64,000 bases of DNA from contig OZ024743.1 of the NCBI GenBank assembly GCA_964016885.1, positions 364,684,001 through 364,748,000 on the forward strand, read 5' to 3'. The notes under the pieces are model-generated. The model searched no databases, was not told the DNA's origin, and saw nothing but the letters and a program-made list of their open reading frames with translations. This document shows, piece after piece, positions 12,786-25,419 of this stretch. The stretch is from Eledone cirrhosa (taxonomy: Eukaryota). Position numbers and translations under genes: made by a program. How positions within the stretch are numbered: position 1 is the stretch's first letter; the number at the start of each line of letters is the position of its first letter.

Positions 12786-12964
12786 TAGTTTCTACTTTTG
12801 GCACAAGGCCAGCAATTACCCCAGTGTATTACTGGTGTTTTATTTTATCGACCCCGTAAGGATGAAAGGCAAAGTTACCCTCGGCTGGATTTGAACTCAG
12901 ACCGTAAAGGGCCGTAACTCAATGTTACAATGCCTGGCGTCTGACCCTCTACCGATACTGCCAA
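12786..12964 (-). mobile_element. tRNA-derived SINE
   Basis: TTTTATCGACCCCGTAAGGATGAAAGGCAAAGT...GATTTGAACTCAG. Confidence 0.85.
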
Positions 12965-13124
12965 CAATAATAATATTAAGGTGCAGGCATAGAAACAGAC
13001 TCTTTCACGGGAATTTAGACAACATCAACTAGGTAAATATGTATATATGTGTGTGAACTCGCGCGTGCGTGCGTGAGTGTGTGTGTGTGTGTCTGGGTTT
13101 GTGTATACGTTTGTGTCTGTGAAC

Positions 13125-13260
13125 GTAGTGGTGTGACAAAAAGAAGTCGATAAAATAAGTACCATACTTAAAAAAATAGGTACTGCCAGTCTACATGATC
13201 GACTAAACCAAGGTGGTGCCTTGGTATGGCCGCAGTCTAATGACTGAAACTAGTAAAATA
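13125..13260 (+). mobile_element. SINE 3' half
   Basis: GTCGATAAAATAAGTACC...GGCCGCAGTCTAATGACTGAAACTAGTAAAA. Confidence 0.65.
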
Positions 13261-13534
13261 TAAGCAAAGAAAAAGAAATCTTGAAACGTAATTCTCTCCC
13301 TGGTAGACCAACAATAAAAATAAATAAAAAGTAAAACAAAGTAGAAAGAAAGCATTTGGCAATGGGCCACACCTCTTTATATTGCAGATGTTCGTTGAAG
13401 TATTATATATATATTATATATTTTTAATTTGTTGTGAAAGATAAAAAAGTAAACTAAAAAATATGAAAACATTTTTTCAAAATTTCCCTGTATCGTTTCC
13501 TAGATTCGTTTCTGTTTTCAGAAAATTAATAAAT

Positions 13535-13700
13535 TGGTAGGCAGCGAATTGGCAGAGACGTTAGAATGTCAGATATAATTCTCCACGTTATTCGACCAGG
13601 CTTTTTGCTCTTCAAGTTTAAATCTCGCCGAGCTCAACTTTGCTTTTCATTCTTTCGAGGTCGATAAATAAAGTACAAATGCAATTCTGGGTTCGATTCT
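13535..13700 (+). mobile_element. tRNA-derived SINE
   Basis: TGGCAGAGACGTTAG...AACTTTGCTTTTCATTCTTTCGAGGTCGATAAA. Confidence 0.7.
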
Positions 13701-13902
13701 TTCTCGTTATGTTTTCCTACTCCCCACTTTCTCCCTCTTTCTCTGGAAGAAATAGACTTTGTTAAGACCCAGGGTGGGATGGGTTCTGCTAAGTTTAAAT
13801 GCTTAAGGCCCACCGCACGTCACTATGGTACCCTTATGACTCACTCAGAAATTAAGGACCCGTGGCATGGCAATAAAATAGTTTCTACTCTTTAAGCAGA
13901 GT

Positions 13903-14085
13903 TTATCACGTTCTCCGCATCCAACTTAGTCGCTTCGGCCACAAACCTAGGTACTACGGCCCGCAATGCATAATGAAAGACAAACAAATACTGGGGATTG
14001 TCTGGTCGCTTCCTCTTCAAACCGGTCGCCGTCGAGACCTCAGGCGTATTTGGAACCCGTACTGCCGAGCTCCTCCGCAAGATCA
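13903..14085 (+). mobile_element. C-terminal fragment of a CRE-like (restriction-like endonuclease) non-LTR retrotransposon
   Basis: TFSASNLVASATN...KY...FLFKPVAVETSGVFG, with in-frame stops. Confidence 0.7.
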
Positions 14086-14479
14086 AAACCCGAGCCCCAA
14101 CACCGCAGAACCCTAGGCCCAGAGCCCCTCCCCTCCCCTCCCATTCTTCTGTGACCCTAGAGCCCTTGCTTTTCCCTTCCTTTTCCATTGTTTATATAGG
14201 AAAGACTAGACCAATTATGGGATAGGTACACACTTAATTGTCATTCAGATGTTGGTTTTAATTCAACTATGACAGTGTGACGTTTTGTTGCCCATAGCAA
14301 TATTGTTGAGTTTTGTGAAAACAAATTCTTAATTCCTTGATAATAAATGTTTAGACATATACAAGTAAATTTGTATTTGCTGGATTATTACCAGGTAATC
14401 ACAGAATTCCATTCAAAATATTCGAACTGAAAAATGTATGCCCCTATTGTCTTGCTCTCCCCATCTCTCACTATTATAT

Positions 14480-14790
14480 GCAAATGGGAGCCCACGCGCT
14501 GGCTGCCCGGCGGTCTTGGCCGACAGAATAGAGAAGGCGTTTCCTCGGAGGATGGCGAGGGAGACGCATTGAAAGAGCCATTCCAACTCGCGAGACTCAC
14601 ACCTGGGGGTAGCCAACTCCATGCCGATTGTGGTGAGTAAGAAGGTGGTCCTAGGGCCAAGGACACCAGACGTCTCCACTGCTTCAGGCTCGACCGATAT
14701 TTGGAGAGTTTACCCTCCTCGGCCTGAAGTACTGCAGAGCCTGGATTAGTCGCAGACTGCACCAGGTTGCTGCTGGAGAAAGTGTCACGT
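14480..14790 (-). mobile_element. Second CRE-like C-terminal fragment, convergent with the first
   Basis: DTFSSSNLVQSATNPGSAVLQAEEGKLSKY / ETSGVLG...RELEWLFQCVSLAILRGNAFSIL. Confidence 0.75.
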
Positions 14791-14794
14791 CATT

Positions 14795-14945
14795 CTTTCA
14801 TTTGGTTTTACTAGTTTCAGTCATTAAACTGCGACCAAGCTGGAGTGCTGCCTTAAATGGGATTTTTTAGTCGATCATATTGACACCAGTAATTTTTTCA
14901 AGCCTACTAATTATTTTATCGATCTTTTTTTGTCGAACGGCTCTG
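14795..14945 (-). mobile_element. SINE 3' half
   Basis: TTTTACTAGTTTCAGTCATT...TAGTCGAT, the reverse complement of the 13125 type. Confidence 0.6.
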
Positions 14946-14974
14946 CTGAGGTCATAAACATAGACATAAACGCA

Positions 14975-15179
<205 letters not shown>

Positions 15180-16417
15180 GACGGGCTTCAACATTTCCGT
15201 CTATCAAATTTTGCCACACATAGCACTGGCCAATCTAAGGCTATAGTAAAAGACACTTGCACAAGGTGCAAAAATCCCTTACACCCAAAAGTGCACCCAT
15301 TTGTTTTTTTTTTTACAAAAGATAAATCTTTTCTTTTATGGTAAATATAATTTGTAACGTATTTTCTTTTCAAATCCCACACAACCATCATGTAGCATGT
15401 ACATGGCCGCTTGTTCTACTTGAAATAGTTACGAAATATCACTCAATTAATACCATACCATCTTTTTTTAAAAAAGGAAAGCAGTAGATAATTGGTTCTT
15501 CGGATATAATGTGTCTGAATACGAAAACAAAATATGACAGGATGTTTACGGCTGAAACGACTTTGATCAGAGACTTACTTAATCAGAGTTAAGTTGGGGG
15601 ATAGACAACAACAGTAAGAACTGATACAGTCTATGAAATGGGTAGACGGAAACTGTGTGGAAGCTTGTCGTTCCGAGTGCACCTATGCCATGCCGATTTG
15701 TCTTTGGGATTACAATAAGATTATACACCTCTGTGTATACACTCAGCCACGTGTACATTAATTAAACAAGTTGGACGGACAATTGAAAGAACAAATGGAC
15801 GCTTACCATCGAAACCAACGGAGGATCAATTATCCATCACCGTTGTTATTGTTGTTGATGTTTAGTCCCAGGTCAGCCTTGATTTAGCAGACGACCTATG
15901 ATTACATGCATTCCAACCATCCATATCCATTCCGTCTTTTTAGGAGTATCTAGGACTAGATTGTTTAATCTGTCCTTTAGACTTTAATACGGTAGGAATG
16001 TGATTTGAAGCAATTTGGCTGCCATTTCTAGTAGGTTGAACAACGACGTAGAGACATTTCCTACCAATAATTATTCAGAAACATTGCAATATAATCTCTA
16101 CATTTCGAAGAACCTAAAAAACAATGTTTTAGGAGAGGCTAAATAACGCCTACACTACATATGGGGGCGTTGGTGTTGATGGGTAGCATTTTGCTTGACG
16201 TATGAAACTATCCTTTCTTAATCTATTCTTATGTGTGGAATGTTCTTCAACAGCGACGCCATACCTCTTAACGTAAGTGGCTGAACGCAATTTGAATTGA
16301 CTTTTTTTTATATTACCTAAGACTCCTGAGAGCGATACGCAGAAGTGGTTTGCTGTATGAATATTTATTTTTAAAATGCTTCCTGTTCACTTCTTTAAAA
16401 TAAATTTAACTTATGTG

Positions 16418-16633
<216 letters not shown>

Positions 16634-18391
16634 AATTTGTTGTTGGTGTTTACTCTTCCTTGAAGATATTTTCTTCTAGAATTACTTGTTGAAAAAAAAA
16701 TTGCTTGATACTTTTTGCCAACAAAGGGCTTTGAGATGTTTGAACGTCCTACGCATTACTCTGCAGTAGAAAAGGTTAGCTCTCTCTTATTGCCTACAAA
16801 TATTTTTGAAAACATTTCCATTTGTTTATTTATTAGTAGTTCAATATGACTTCCGCCAGCGATCGCTGGAGAAGGCTCTAGCCATAAAAGTTGTAGCATC
16901 GAATACACCCCCACCAAATATTTGAAAAACACGAAAACTGGCAAAAAGAGAAAAAAAGAAAGATAAAAAGAAAATATGATAGCAGAACAAACAGCCACAG
17001 TAATAAACACAGTCGCAATTTGACAAGTGAAAACGCAAACTTATACGATATAAAAAACAAACAAACACTCCAACAACAATAGCAACTCATCCTTTGCTGG
17101 TGTTGCAAGCTAATAGGAAGCATTAGCCATTGGTTAACTCCTGAGAAAAGGATGAAGTGGGAAGAGAGTATCTTCTTGTCCAAGAAATTTATTCAGGTAA
17201 GGGCAAGGAGTTAGGTGATATACAACTGGTGTTTTTTTAAACGAAGAGGATGGTGTATAAACGGGGACGGGGCATATGAGAACATGTCTGGTTATTTAAA
17301 CAGAAACAAGCGAGGAGACAGGCGAGCTGACACGCTAAAAACGAGGAAAAGAAATATTGGCGTTGACTCTTAAACCGTCGTCACCTTAGCAGCACAATAT
17401 GAGCAATAGTGTACACGGAGGTGATCTACAATAATATGTCACACACCGTGACAACCCAGTATCCAAAGTAGAAGTAAGTATTTCATCTTCTTTCTGACAT
17501 ATATAAGTCGATGAACGGCGAAAACTGAGATGCTGGATGTCCCGCCAGGATTGAATATTGGTGATTGAATACATGCGTTATCCCAATAGGAGAGGACACA
17601 ATCATGGATGTAAAGAGGTACAACCATAAAAATTGAACAACACCAAATACCTACAAACATTTGCTGCCGAAATTCCCACTTGACGTGGGGATTTCAAAGT
17701 GAAAGTAGCCTATGCAGTGCGTCAAGGGAACGTTGCGGAATCATGAAAACAAAATTTCCTAGTTGACCCTAAAGTACAGTAAGCGGATTGTTCTATTTAT
17801 TCTCTGCTCAACATATCAATACTGAGAATCAGTTACGTAAATGTACGTGGCCTGGAGTCGGCTTGGAAACAAGAATATTCTCATAACTACCCCACGAGAT
17901 TTAGATGTATCCATCGGTGAGACCAGGATTTCTAGGATACACGCATTCGCGTTCATTCTCAACTACAAGGTGAACGCATCTTTTGACCGGCGCGGATCAA
18001 GCTTAGTGGCAGCGTTGTTTAGATACTAAAGTGCACGGATCCTGGACATGAATAACAGCGGATTTTGAAAGGGAGGTCAGACATCTTGATGCATTTTTGT
18101 AAACGTCACGCTCGTTGGCGTCAACAAGCGACTAGAATGACAATTCTGAAGCATGCTGAGATTACGTCCAAATAGCTAGAGGAGAGAGGATGTAAAAAAC
18201 CGCAAATCTACTCAGACAGTTCCAACTGTCTGACAGTTACCAACTGCGTTTCTTGAATGTGTTAGTCTGGTCATGCCGAGATTCCACCCTTTTTTTTTAC
18301 CTTAATATGCTCGCTATTTCAAGTTCTTGTATTAGCTAGACCCAACAAGAGAGTAACAGACCATATGGATGTTCAGTTATGAATTACTGCC

Positions 18392-18506
18392 GTGAGTTTA
18401 AATCCCTCTGAGGTGAGCTTTGCCTTTCATCCTTACGAGGTCGATAAAATAAAACACCAGTAATGCACTGGGGTAATTGCTCGCCTTCTGCCAAAAGTCG
18501 AAACAA
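18392..18506 (+). mobile_element. SINE fragment
   Basis: CTTTGCCTTTCATCCTTACGAGGTCGATAAAATAAAACACCAG. Confidence 0.8.
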
Positions 18507-19067
18507 TTACTATCGTGAAACATCGACATATAGGTGCTAACATAACACACTGGAAACGATCATCCTCCAAACACTATCATCCTCCTTAGCCACTCTCTAT
18601 TAAATTTAACGTTTTATTTCATGTGTGGTTTATTGTCATGTATGTTGGTATTGTCCCGCCCTTTCTTTTTAAATGAGAGAAAAGGAGAGAGAAAGATAAA
18701 GAAGAGGAAAACAGATTATTACCCTTGACCCTCTCCGTTAAATTTAAGGTTTTATGTCTATTTTATTATGTCTGTTATGGTCGCCGTCCAGTCTCTTACA
18801 ATTAGAGAAATATAGAGAGGAAGAGCATGTGTGTGCCTGAGTGTGAGAGAGAAATCTAAAGGAAGAGAGGATGAGTGAGCAAGAGAGAGAAAGAGAAAGG
18901 AAGAGTGGGCGATAAAGGGAGAGAGAAAGATGAAGACAGAGAATGCATATGGGTGAGTGTGTGAAGAATATATATATATATACAAAGAGAGAGAGAGAGT
19001 GAGAGAGAGAGAAAGAGAGAGAGAGATATTGATAGATAGATAGATAGAGAGAGATATTAATAGATAT

Positions 19068-22000
19068 GTTTCTTTATTAGCCACAAGGGCACAAAAGAAG
19101 GGGACAAATACAAAGGGGGAAGTTTACATACAATAAAAACGTGTAAAATATTATCACAAATGTAATTTAAAAATTAGTCGATTTTCCCCAATAGGGGGAG
19201 ACATTACATATGGGTAACACATACCCCCGGAAAAAATGTGCAACCCTCATCACCAGGAGTACGAAGAGTTTGTACTCCTTTCCTCTCCTCCTCTTTTTCC
19301 TCAACCTACAGGCTGATATAGAGAGAAGGCCCATTCACTCCGGCCATTCTCGCCACTTTCACCCACCTTTCATAAAACTTGCTGGGGTACAGCACCTCTC
19401 TCTCCATCCTGATTCTTCTTCGAAAGTGGTATTTGAAAAAAAGGATCAGTTGTTCGCCGGAGAGAAAGGTGTCTGACCTCAGCCCTTTCAACCTTGTCCA
19501 CCATACAACCTCTTTCGCCATAGCTATCACACAAAGGAAAACCGCCTCTCCTTCGTTTTTGAAGGAGGGTGGCGGTTTGATCATGACAATGTACTCGGTG
19601 GTCAACTGGATTGGTCCCACCCGCGACAATAGTCGTTCTACATAGCCCCACAGGTCGGTGACGCCCGGGCAGTGTATGAATGCGTGCGCGACGGTTTCTT
19701 CGTCTCGCACGCACCTCGGACAGATCTTTTTTGCAGGGTCCCTGCCCGGGCGCCCATGTCTCTAGAGCTTGTCACGAACTGATAGAGCTCTTCGGTAGCA
19801 CTGCCAGGCCAGGGACTTTTGGAAGTTGTCCATCGGTCCCGGGCGGAAGGTCCTACTGAACAGACTGGCCAGTTCGTCTTCCTCTACGTCCAGAGTTTCA
19901 CCGAGCACGTCGTCGCACTTGCTGCGGATCAACCCTCTATAGAATGACGAAGTGGAGTCTCCACTGATCGCCGGGTCCGCCTGCCAGAGGGCAGTCGAGT
20001 GCCTGAGCACATTCGATATGCCAGTTGCCCATTTTCCTCGGTCTTTGCTTGACCCAGGACTGCAGCTCGGTCAGCGAGACGAGTCGTGGGAAGGCTCGCC
20101 TCACGAACGGGGCCCACACCGGTTGTCCGGTGAGGAATACGTAGAGATTCCGCAGCCTGAGCGCGTGTTTGCGCATCGTCAGCCACGGCATCCCCAGCCC
20201 TCCGTTGGAAGGGTGTTGGCAGCAGATGGATCTTCTCACCAAAGGAATCCGCCTCTTCCAAAGGAATTGGAAGAGCGCGCGCTCCATTTTGGTGAGCGTT
20301 TTGGCTGGACAAGGCATGACGGTCAAGCGGTAGTAGATGGCGGACGCTATAAAAGTGTTCGCCATTTCCACTCGACCTTTCAAGGATAGTTTGCACTCGG
20401 CCCACTTCTGGGTGAGTGCAAACACCAGGTTCTCGACGACAAGCGCCAGCCTCTTTGCCAACATCTTGGCCAAAATCTGTAACTCTGTGTTTAGCAGAGT
20501 TATGGGCCGGAAGTTGCCTATGTCATCCCCCTTATTCTCGTCCTTCCTGACTAGTGTGACTACGCCCCCGGTCACAGAACTGGGAATTCTCCCGTTCTGT
20601 TGCCAGTTGCAGTAGACCGCTTCCAGGAGACCGGAGAATAAGTCCGGCATTGCTACGTAAAATTTGTAGGGTAAACCGTCGATACCTGGAGATTTGCGTT
20701 TGCCGCATTGGCTCAGCGCGTCCCCTATCTCAGTGGCTGAAATCGGCTTTTCGCAGAACTTTGCCTCGCTGTCCGAGAGTCGCGGTAAGCCGTCGAGGTA
20801 AGGACCGAAATCCATAGCCCCTCCCGGCGCGCCGCCCTGCCCGAACAGTTGAGCAAAGTGCCGCTGAAAGGCCGCACACATCTGCTTCGGCTCACGTATC
20901 ACGCGTCCGTTTTGGTCCTTCAAAGACCGAATTGTGGACTTGTTGCCACTTTTCACCTCCGTCACTCGGGCCCAGCTAACAGCTTTGGCTCCCTCGTTAC
21001 CCAGAGCACGTATTTTGCTTCTGACAACGCAGCCATCGTGCTTTGCGTCGAAGAACTGGTCCAAGGCCGTTCTCGTTGCTAGCACGCTGGCTACGTTGCC
21101 ACTTCTAATTGCCTCTTCTACTTTATCTACCAGTTCCTTCTCGGTTCTATTTCTATCTAACGCTAATTCTTTACTAAAAACTAACGAGTCTAATCTAACT
21201 GCCCTCTTGAGAGAGTACCACCATCTGTTGTTGACAATGGTCCCTGTCAAGTGCTGTTTAACTAAAGTGCTAATCCGTCTACTGTAGGCTTTGCATGTCG
21301 GTAACGACAAGTTCAGCTTCCAGTAGCCGGGTCCTTGTCTATGGGTTCTATCAAGGTTGACCATGCAGGTCATTAGTTTGTGATCTGAATAGGCAACCAT
21401 GAACATTTGTGGACAGCTTAACATGTCCCTATCCTTATTTCTAACTAGAACCCTATCTAGGTACGATCTAGATGTTCCGCTAAGATTAGTCCACGTCCAC
21501 AGTGGCACAGTCGGAAAATCTAGTCGATATCTATCGGCCTGGTCAAATCGGCCGATTAACTGTTTGAGGCTGTTACACCCCCCTTTATCGGGACATGCTC
21601 CCACATAGTCCCAACGTGCATCTAGGAATTCATTCCAGTCCCCCACTAAAAGCAAGGAGTGGGACGTTCCCAGAAAAGTCTCTAGACGTTTGAAGAAGTC
21701 TGGCCGCGGAGTCCCGGATGGGGCATATGCGGCCACCAGCCTGAAGGCTCCATCTTCACTACCGTCAACGTCTAGGACCACCAGTCGACCCTCCGGGTCC
21801 AGATGTACCGTCTGTGTTACGAGGCCCAGGTGTTTCCTCAGCAAAACGGCAACCCCGCCTCCACCCCCGGCCGACAGAGAGATGCGTAGATCTCAAAGTC
21901 ATCGAAGATGGGGGGCCAGCTGTCGCTCGCTGTGGATCCTGGACTCGCAAATGGCTACTACATCCATACTGTGCGACCTGAGGTCGTTTAAGAGTTTGTC

Positions 22001-23777
22001 CTGTTTCCAGGGCATCCCCAGGCTGCGTACATTCACACATCCAACTCTTATATTGGCCATATTGGTTCTGAAAAGTTAAAATAGGAGAAGAAAACACTCA
22101 CCTCTTCGTCTCCCGGGGATCAGGCCGCACGGTTTCCATGGGGGTGTTAGAGGAGTTGTCTGGGGAGGGTAGTGGTTTCCGGCAGGGTGGGGACGGAGAT
22201 GTTTGGTGGGTGGGGGTCTCTGGGGTGGGGGTGTCTGGAGTGGGTGTATCTGGGGTGAGGGTGGGGAAACTTTTTAAAAGGACGCGGTTAATGGGTTTAA
22301 CACAAGGATTACCCACGTCCTTAGGAAAGTTTTCCTTTAAAGACTTATAGGTGTCCGTAGGGACCCTAATCCTCTTTAAATTAGGTTTGTCTACACAGTT
22401 CGAAAAAGGTTTCCCTTCTGTTTTCACCGAAGGGTCCTTGGAGATGACCTCCATTAAAGTTTTGTTTTTACTGTTTATGTATGTGTAATGTTCTTGTTGT
22501 GTTACGGTGGTTTTTGTCTGTTGTTCTTGTGGGAGCTTTCGTTTTGTTGTAGGTGTTTGTGTTTGGAGTGATGTCGTGGTTTTGTTTTCGGGACGGGGGG
22601 TTTTTGTTTGTAATGTTTGTGTTGTTTGTGTTGGTGATTGTATGTTTGTAGTGATGTTTGTTGTTTTTTTGTTCTTGTGGTGTCTTTTCTTTTTCTTTTC
22701 GAACGGAGAGGCTCTCCCTCATCGTCACTTGGTGATGATGTGGGGGCCTCGTCCGTTGTGGTGTCTGTGTTATTTGGAAGGGGTATGTTTTGGGGAGCTG
22801 TTGTGTTTGTGGGTGTTTTTGCAGTGGTTTTAGGTGGAGTGGGGCTGGGTGGGACTGTGCTTGCAGGTTGGTTTGCTGTTCTTGTTTTGGTTGTGTTTGC
22901 GTGTTGTTGTTGTTGTTGTGGTTGGGGTATTTTAGCTATCCGTTCTGGCCTCATTTGGACCAGAACTTCCATGCTTGTACCATTGAATGTGCCTCTGGAG
23001 GACTTTCCCACCGAAATGATGGTGTCTTCGTCGAAATCGATGAAGCCAGTTAGAATCCACCAGACGTTTACATTTGGTGCAATGTTCAAAATTTTTATTT
23101 TTTGTGTTCTTTTTCCCATATATGTGGGGAAAAAGGTGTAAAGGGGGGACACAATCGGCGATACAGAATATTTTTGTGCTGTCAATTGGTCTTTCAACAA
23201 CACCGAAATGCTTCCAAAAAGTTTCCCTTTTCGGATGAAGGCAATATCCTTCATGGAATTCTTCAGAACCAGTTCAATATCGTTTTGGGATAATTGAACT
23301 GGTTTTTTCGACACATTTGAAACCGTCCTAAACATTACTGTTTTTAGAACAGTTTCTCTGCGTAACTGTTGAGGAGAAGTGATGCTGAAAGCACCACTCT
23401 CACCAAAAGTTACGTACTATTTTGCATCGCTTATAATTTCCCTAGCATTGGAAATGTCAAGGTATGTGAACAGTTCCGTCTTTTGGACGGTTTGAGCAAA
23501 GGAAATCTTTTCCTTGTTCGTGGAGTTGTTCGTGTTGCTGTTGTTGTTGGTGGTGTTGTTATCATTGTTGCTGTTGTTGTTGGTGGTGTTGTTGTTATCA
23601 TTGTTGCTGTTGTTGTTGTTATCATTGTTGCTGTTGTTGTTCTTGTCATTTTTGTTGTTGTTGTTCTGGTTGGTGTTGCTTATATTTTGTATGTTATTGG
23701 TGTTTGTGTTAGTGTTGATGTTACAATCAACGTCCGACACCGTGTTTTCAAAACTGACGACATTTTCGATGTCTTTC

Positions 23778-23780
<3 letters not shown>
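19068..23780 (-). mobile_element. Tx1/L1-clade LINE, internally deleted (RT core missing)
   Basis: ORF1 remnants 22098-23780. The 635-aa ORF 19937-21844 has APE motifs (GDWN, LDRVL, SDH) and the RT N-terminus. C-terminal C..C...ET..H...C region at 19306-19730. The 3' end GCCCTTGTGGCTAATAAAGAAA is shared with the 7.4-kb element. Confidence 0.92.

Positions 23781-23838
<58 letters not shown>
23781..23838. repeat. (GA)n microsatellite
   Basis: Direct reading. Confidence 0.97.
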
Positions 23839-23842
<4 letters not shown>

Positions 23843-24284
23843 TAAAATACAGAATAAGCAATATGAATTTTGCTGTTTGGCAAACAACCATATGTCAAAT
23901 TACTGTATTATTTTGTGCGTGTGCGTGTCACATTGTCATTGTGCGTGTGTGTACATGTGCGTGTCATTGTGTGCATTTATATTATTTTGTGTGTGAGAAA
24001 GAGCAAAGGTGTGTATATGTTGCCCCCACGCAAATGTATGTGTTGTATTGGTATGCCAGAAGGACGCATGGATGTTTGTGTGTGGTTTATATCAACTGGC
24101 GTAACACACACATGTATACACATGCACACATTCATACACGTATATATATATATATATATATATATGAAAAATTCGGAACCCCGACGGCTGAGCTCCGGCC
24201 GTTTCAACAGCTAGATCCGACCCCCCCTCTCTCTATATATATATATTCATGAATGCACGGTTTGTATATCGAATAGTACACGGG

Positions 24285-24678
24285 ATGTTTACGAATAAAC
24301 ATTTGAAAGACTTTAGCTATGAATTTTGAAGGTGGTGGCCGTCGTATATATATATACATAGCTGTATACATGAATGTATACAACTATGTTGGAGAGAACA
24401 CCATAATTCTATTTCTTGTTTAGGCCGAGATAGCCTAATGCTCTGTATGCAAATGAGGTTAATCAGCCTATATATAAGTGTTAAAACTATAAGTTTGTGG
24501 TTTAATACCAGTACGAAGCAAGGAAAAGAGTGCGTAACCCTGACAACGGCCACATAACCAGAAACAGCTGTCGGTTGCTTCCCCCCCCCCCCTGATGCTT
24601 CTGGAACTAGATGCGTGATAACGGCCACCGCCTTTAAAATGCATAGCTAAAGGCTCTCAAATGTTTATTCGAAAACAT
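24285..24678 (+). mobile_element. Small element with 58-bp inverted ends, an octamer, a TATA box and an HHR (family D)
   Basis: Inverted repeat 24285-24342 / 24621-24678. ATGCAAAT at 24447. TATATATAAG at 24469. Confidence 0.7.
24534..24578 (+). ncRNA. Type-I hammerhead, family D (G8>A, weak stem II)
   Basis: GTAACC-CTGACAA-CGGCCACATAACCA-GAAA-CAGCTG-TC-GGTTGC. Confidence 0.65.
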
Positions 24679-24693
24679 ATATATTATTTGATA

Positions 24694-24898
24694 TACAGGG
24701 TGGGACATAAAGATCTCCCATATTTTGAAGGGATATAAAAGAAGAATACAACTATCTAGAAAAAAAAAACTGATTATATTTCTAAAAAGTACAGAAGAAA
24801 TAGTTTTGTTTTAATGTTTTTAAAGAATTGTATCAGACAAATGGTGGCCGCCGTTGCCAATGTATTGATGGAGTCGTCCCCGGAAGTTCTCCATGACT
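24694..24898 (-). mobile_element. 3' end of a Tc1/mariner-superfamily transposon
   Basis: TA-CAGGGTG terminus. Minus-strand peptide VMENFRGRLHQYIGNGGHHL is typical of a transposase C-terminus. Confidence 0.7.
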
Positions 24899-25419
24899 AT
24901 ATATACATAATTAAAAGACGAAATTTGTCGAATAGAACGGTCATAGCTTGGGCGTTTCATCACTCAATGACCAATTAAGTTCGTATTATTAAAATTCGAA
25001 CCCGACTTGCCAGGGTGCACGCATACATTAATCAGCGAGGAAGATGACTTCGTCTCGATAAGAATGTTGAGATACCCGAACTGGTGCATCAGTTTCTCCG
25101 GTTTCGATCTGCTGGCAGTGTTCCGAAAGGAGCTGCCATGTGCAGAATGTTAGATAATGATAGTACACATTATGTAATTTGACGTGGGATTAGTTCGTCA
25201 GCGGGAGTTTGCCTCCCTGTGATGGAAAGACCAATATGGTGTGCCACCACTTTTAGTTGCTAGTAGCAAGTGACTGTAGCAGTTTACACCTTCTAGTGAC
25301 ACGTGACGTCACACTAAAGAGAAGATAAGCCAGGCCTGGCCATTTACAGGGACACATGTTGGCAATAAATTCCCATTGAAAAAAAATATATACACATACA
25401 TATAAATATACCCCCCCCC

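Noticed and set aside
16756-17660. Short minus-strand ORFs as possible host exons
   Set aside because: No recognisable domain or consistent splice structure. A real exon or UTR cannot be excluded.
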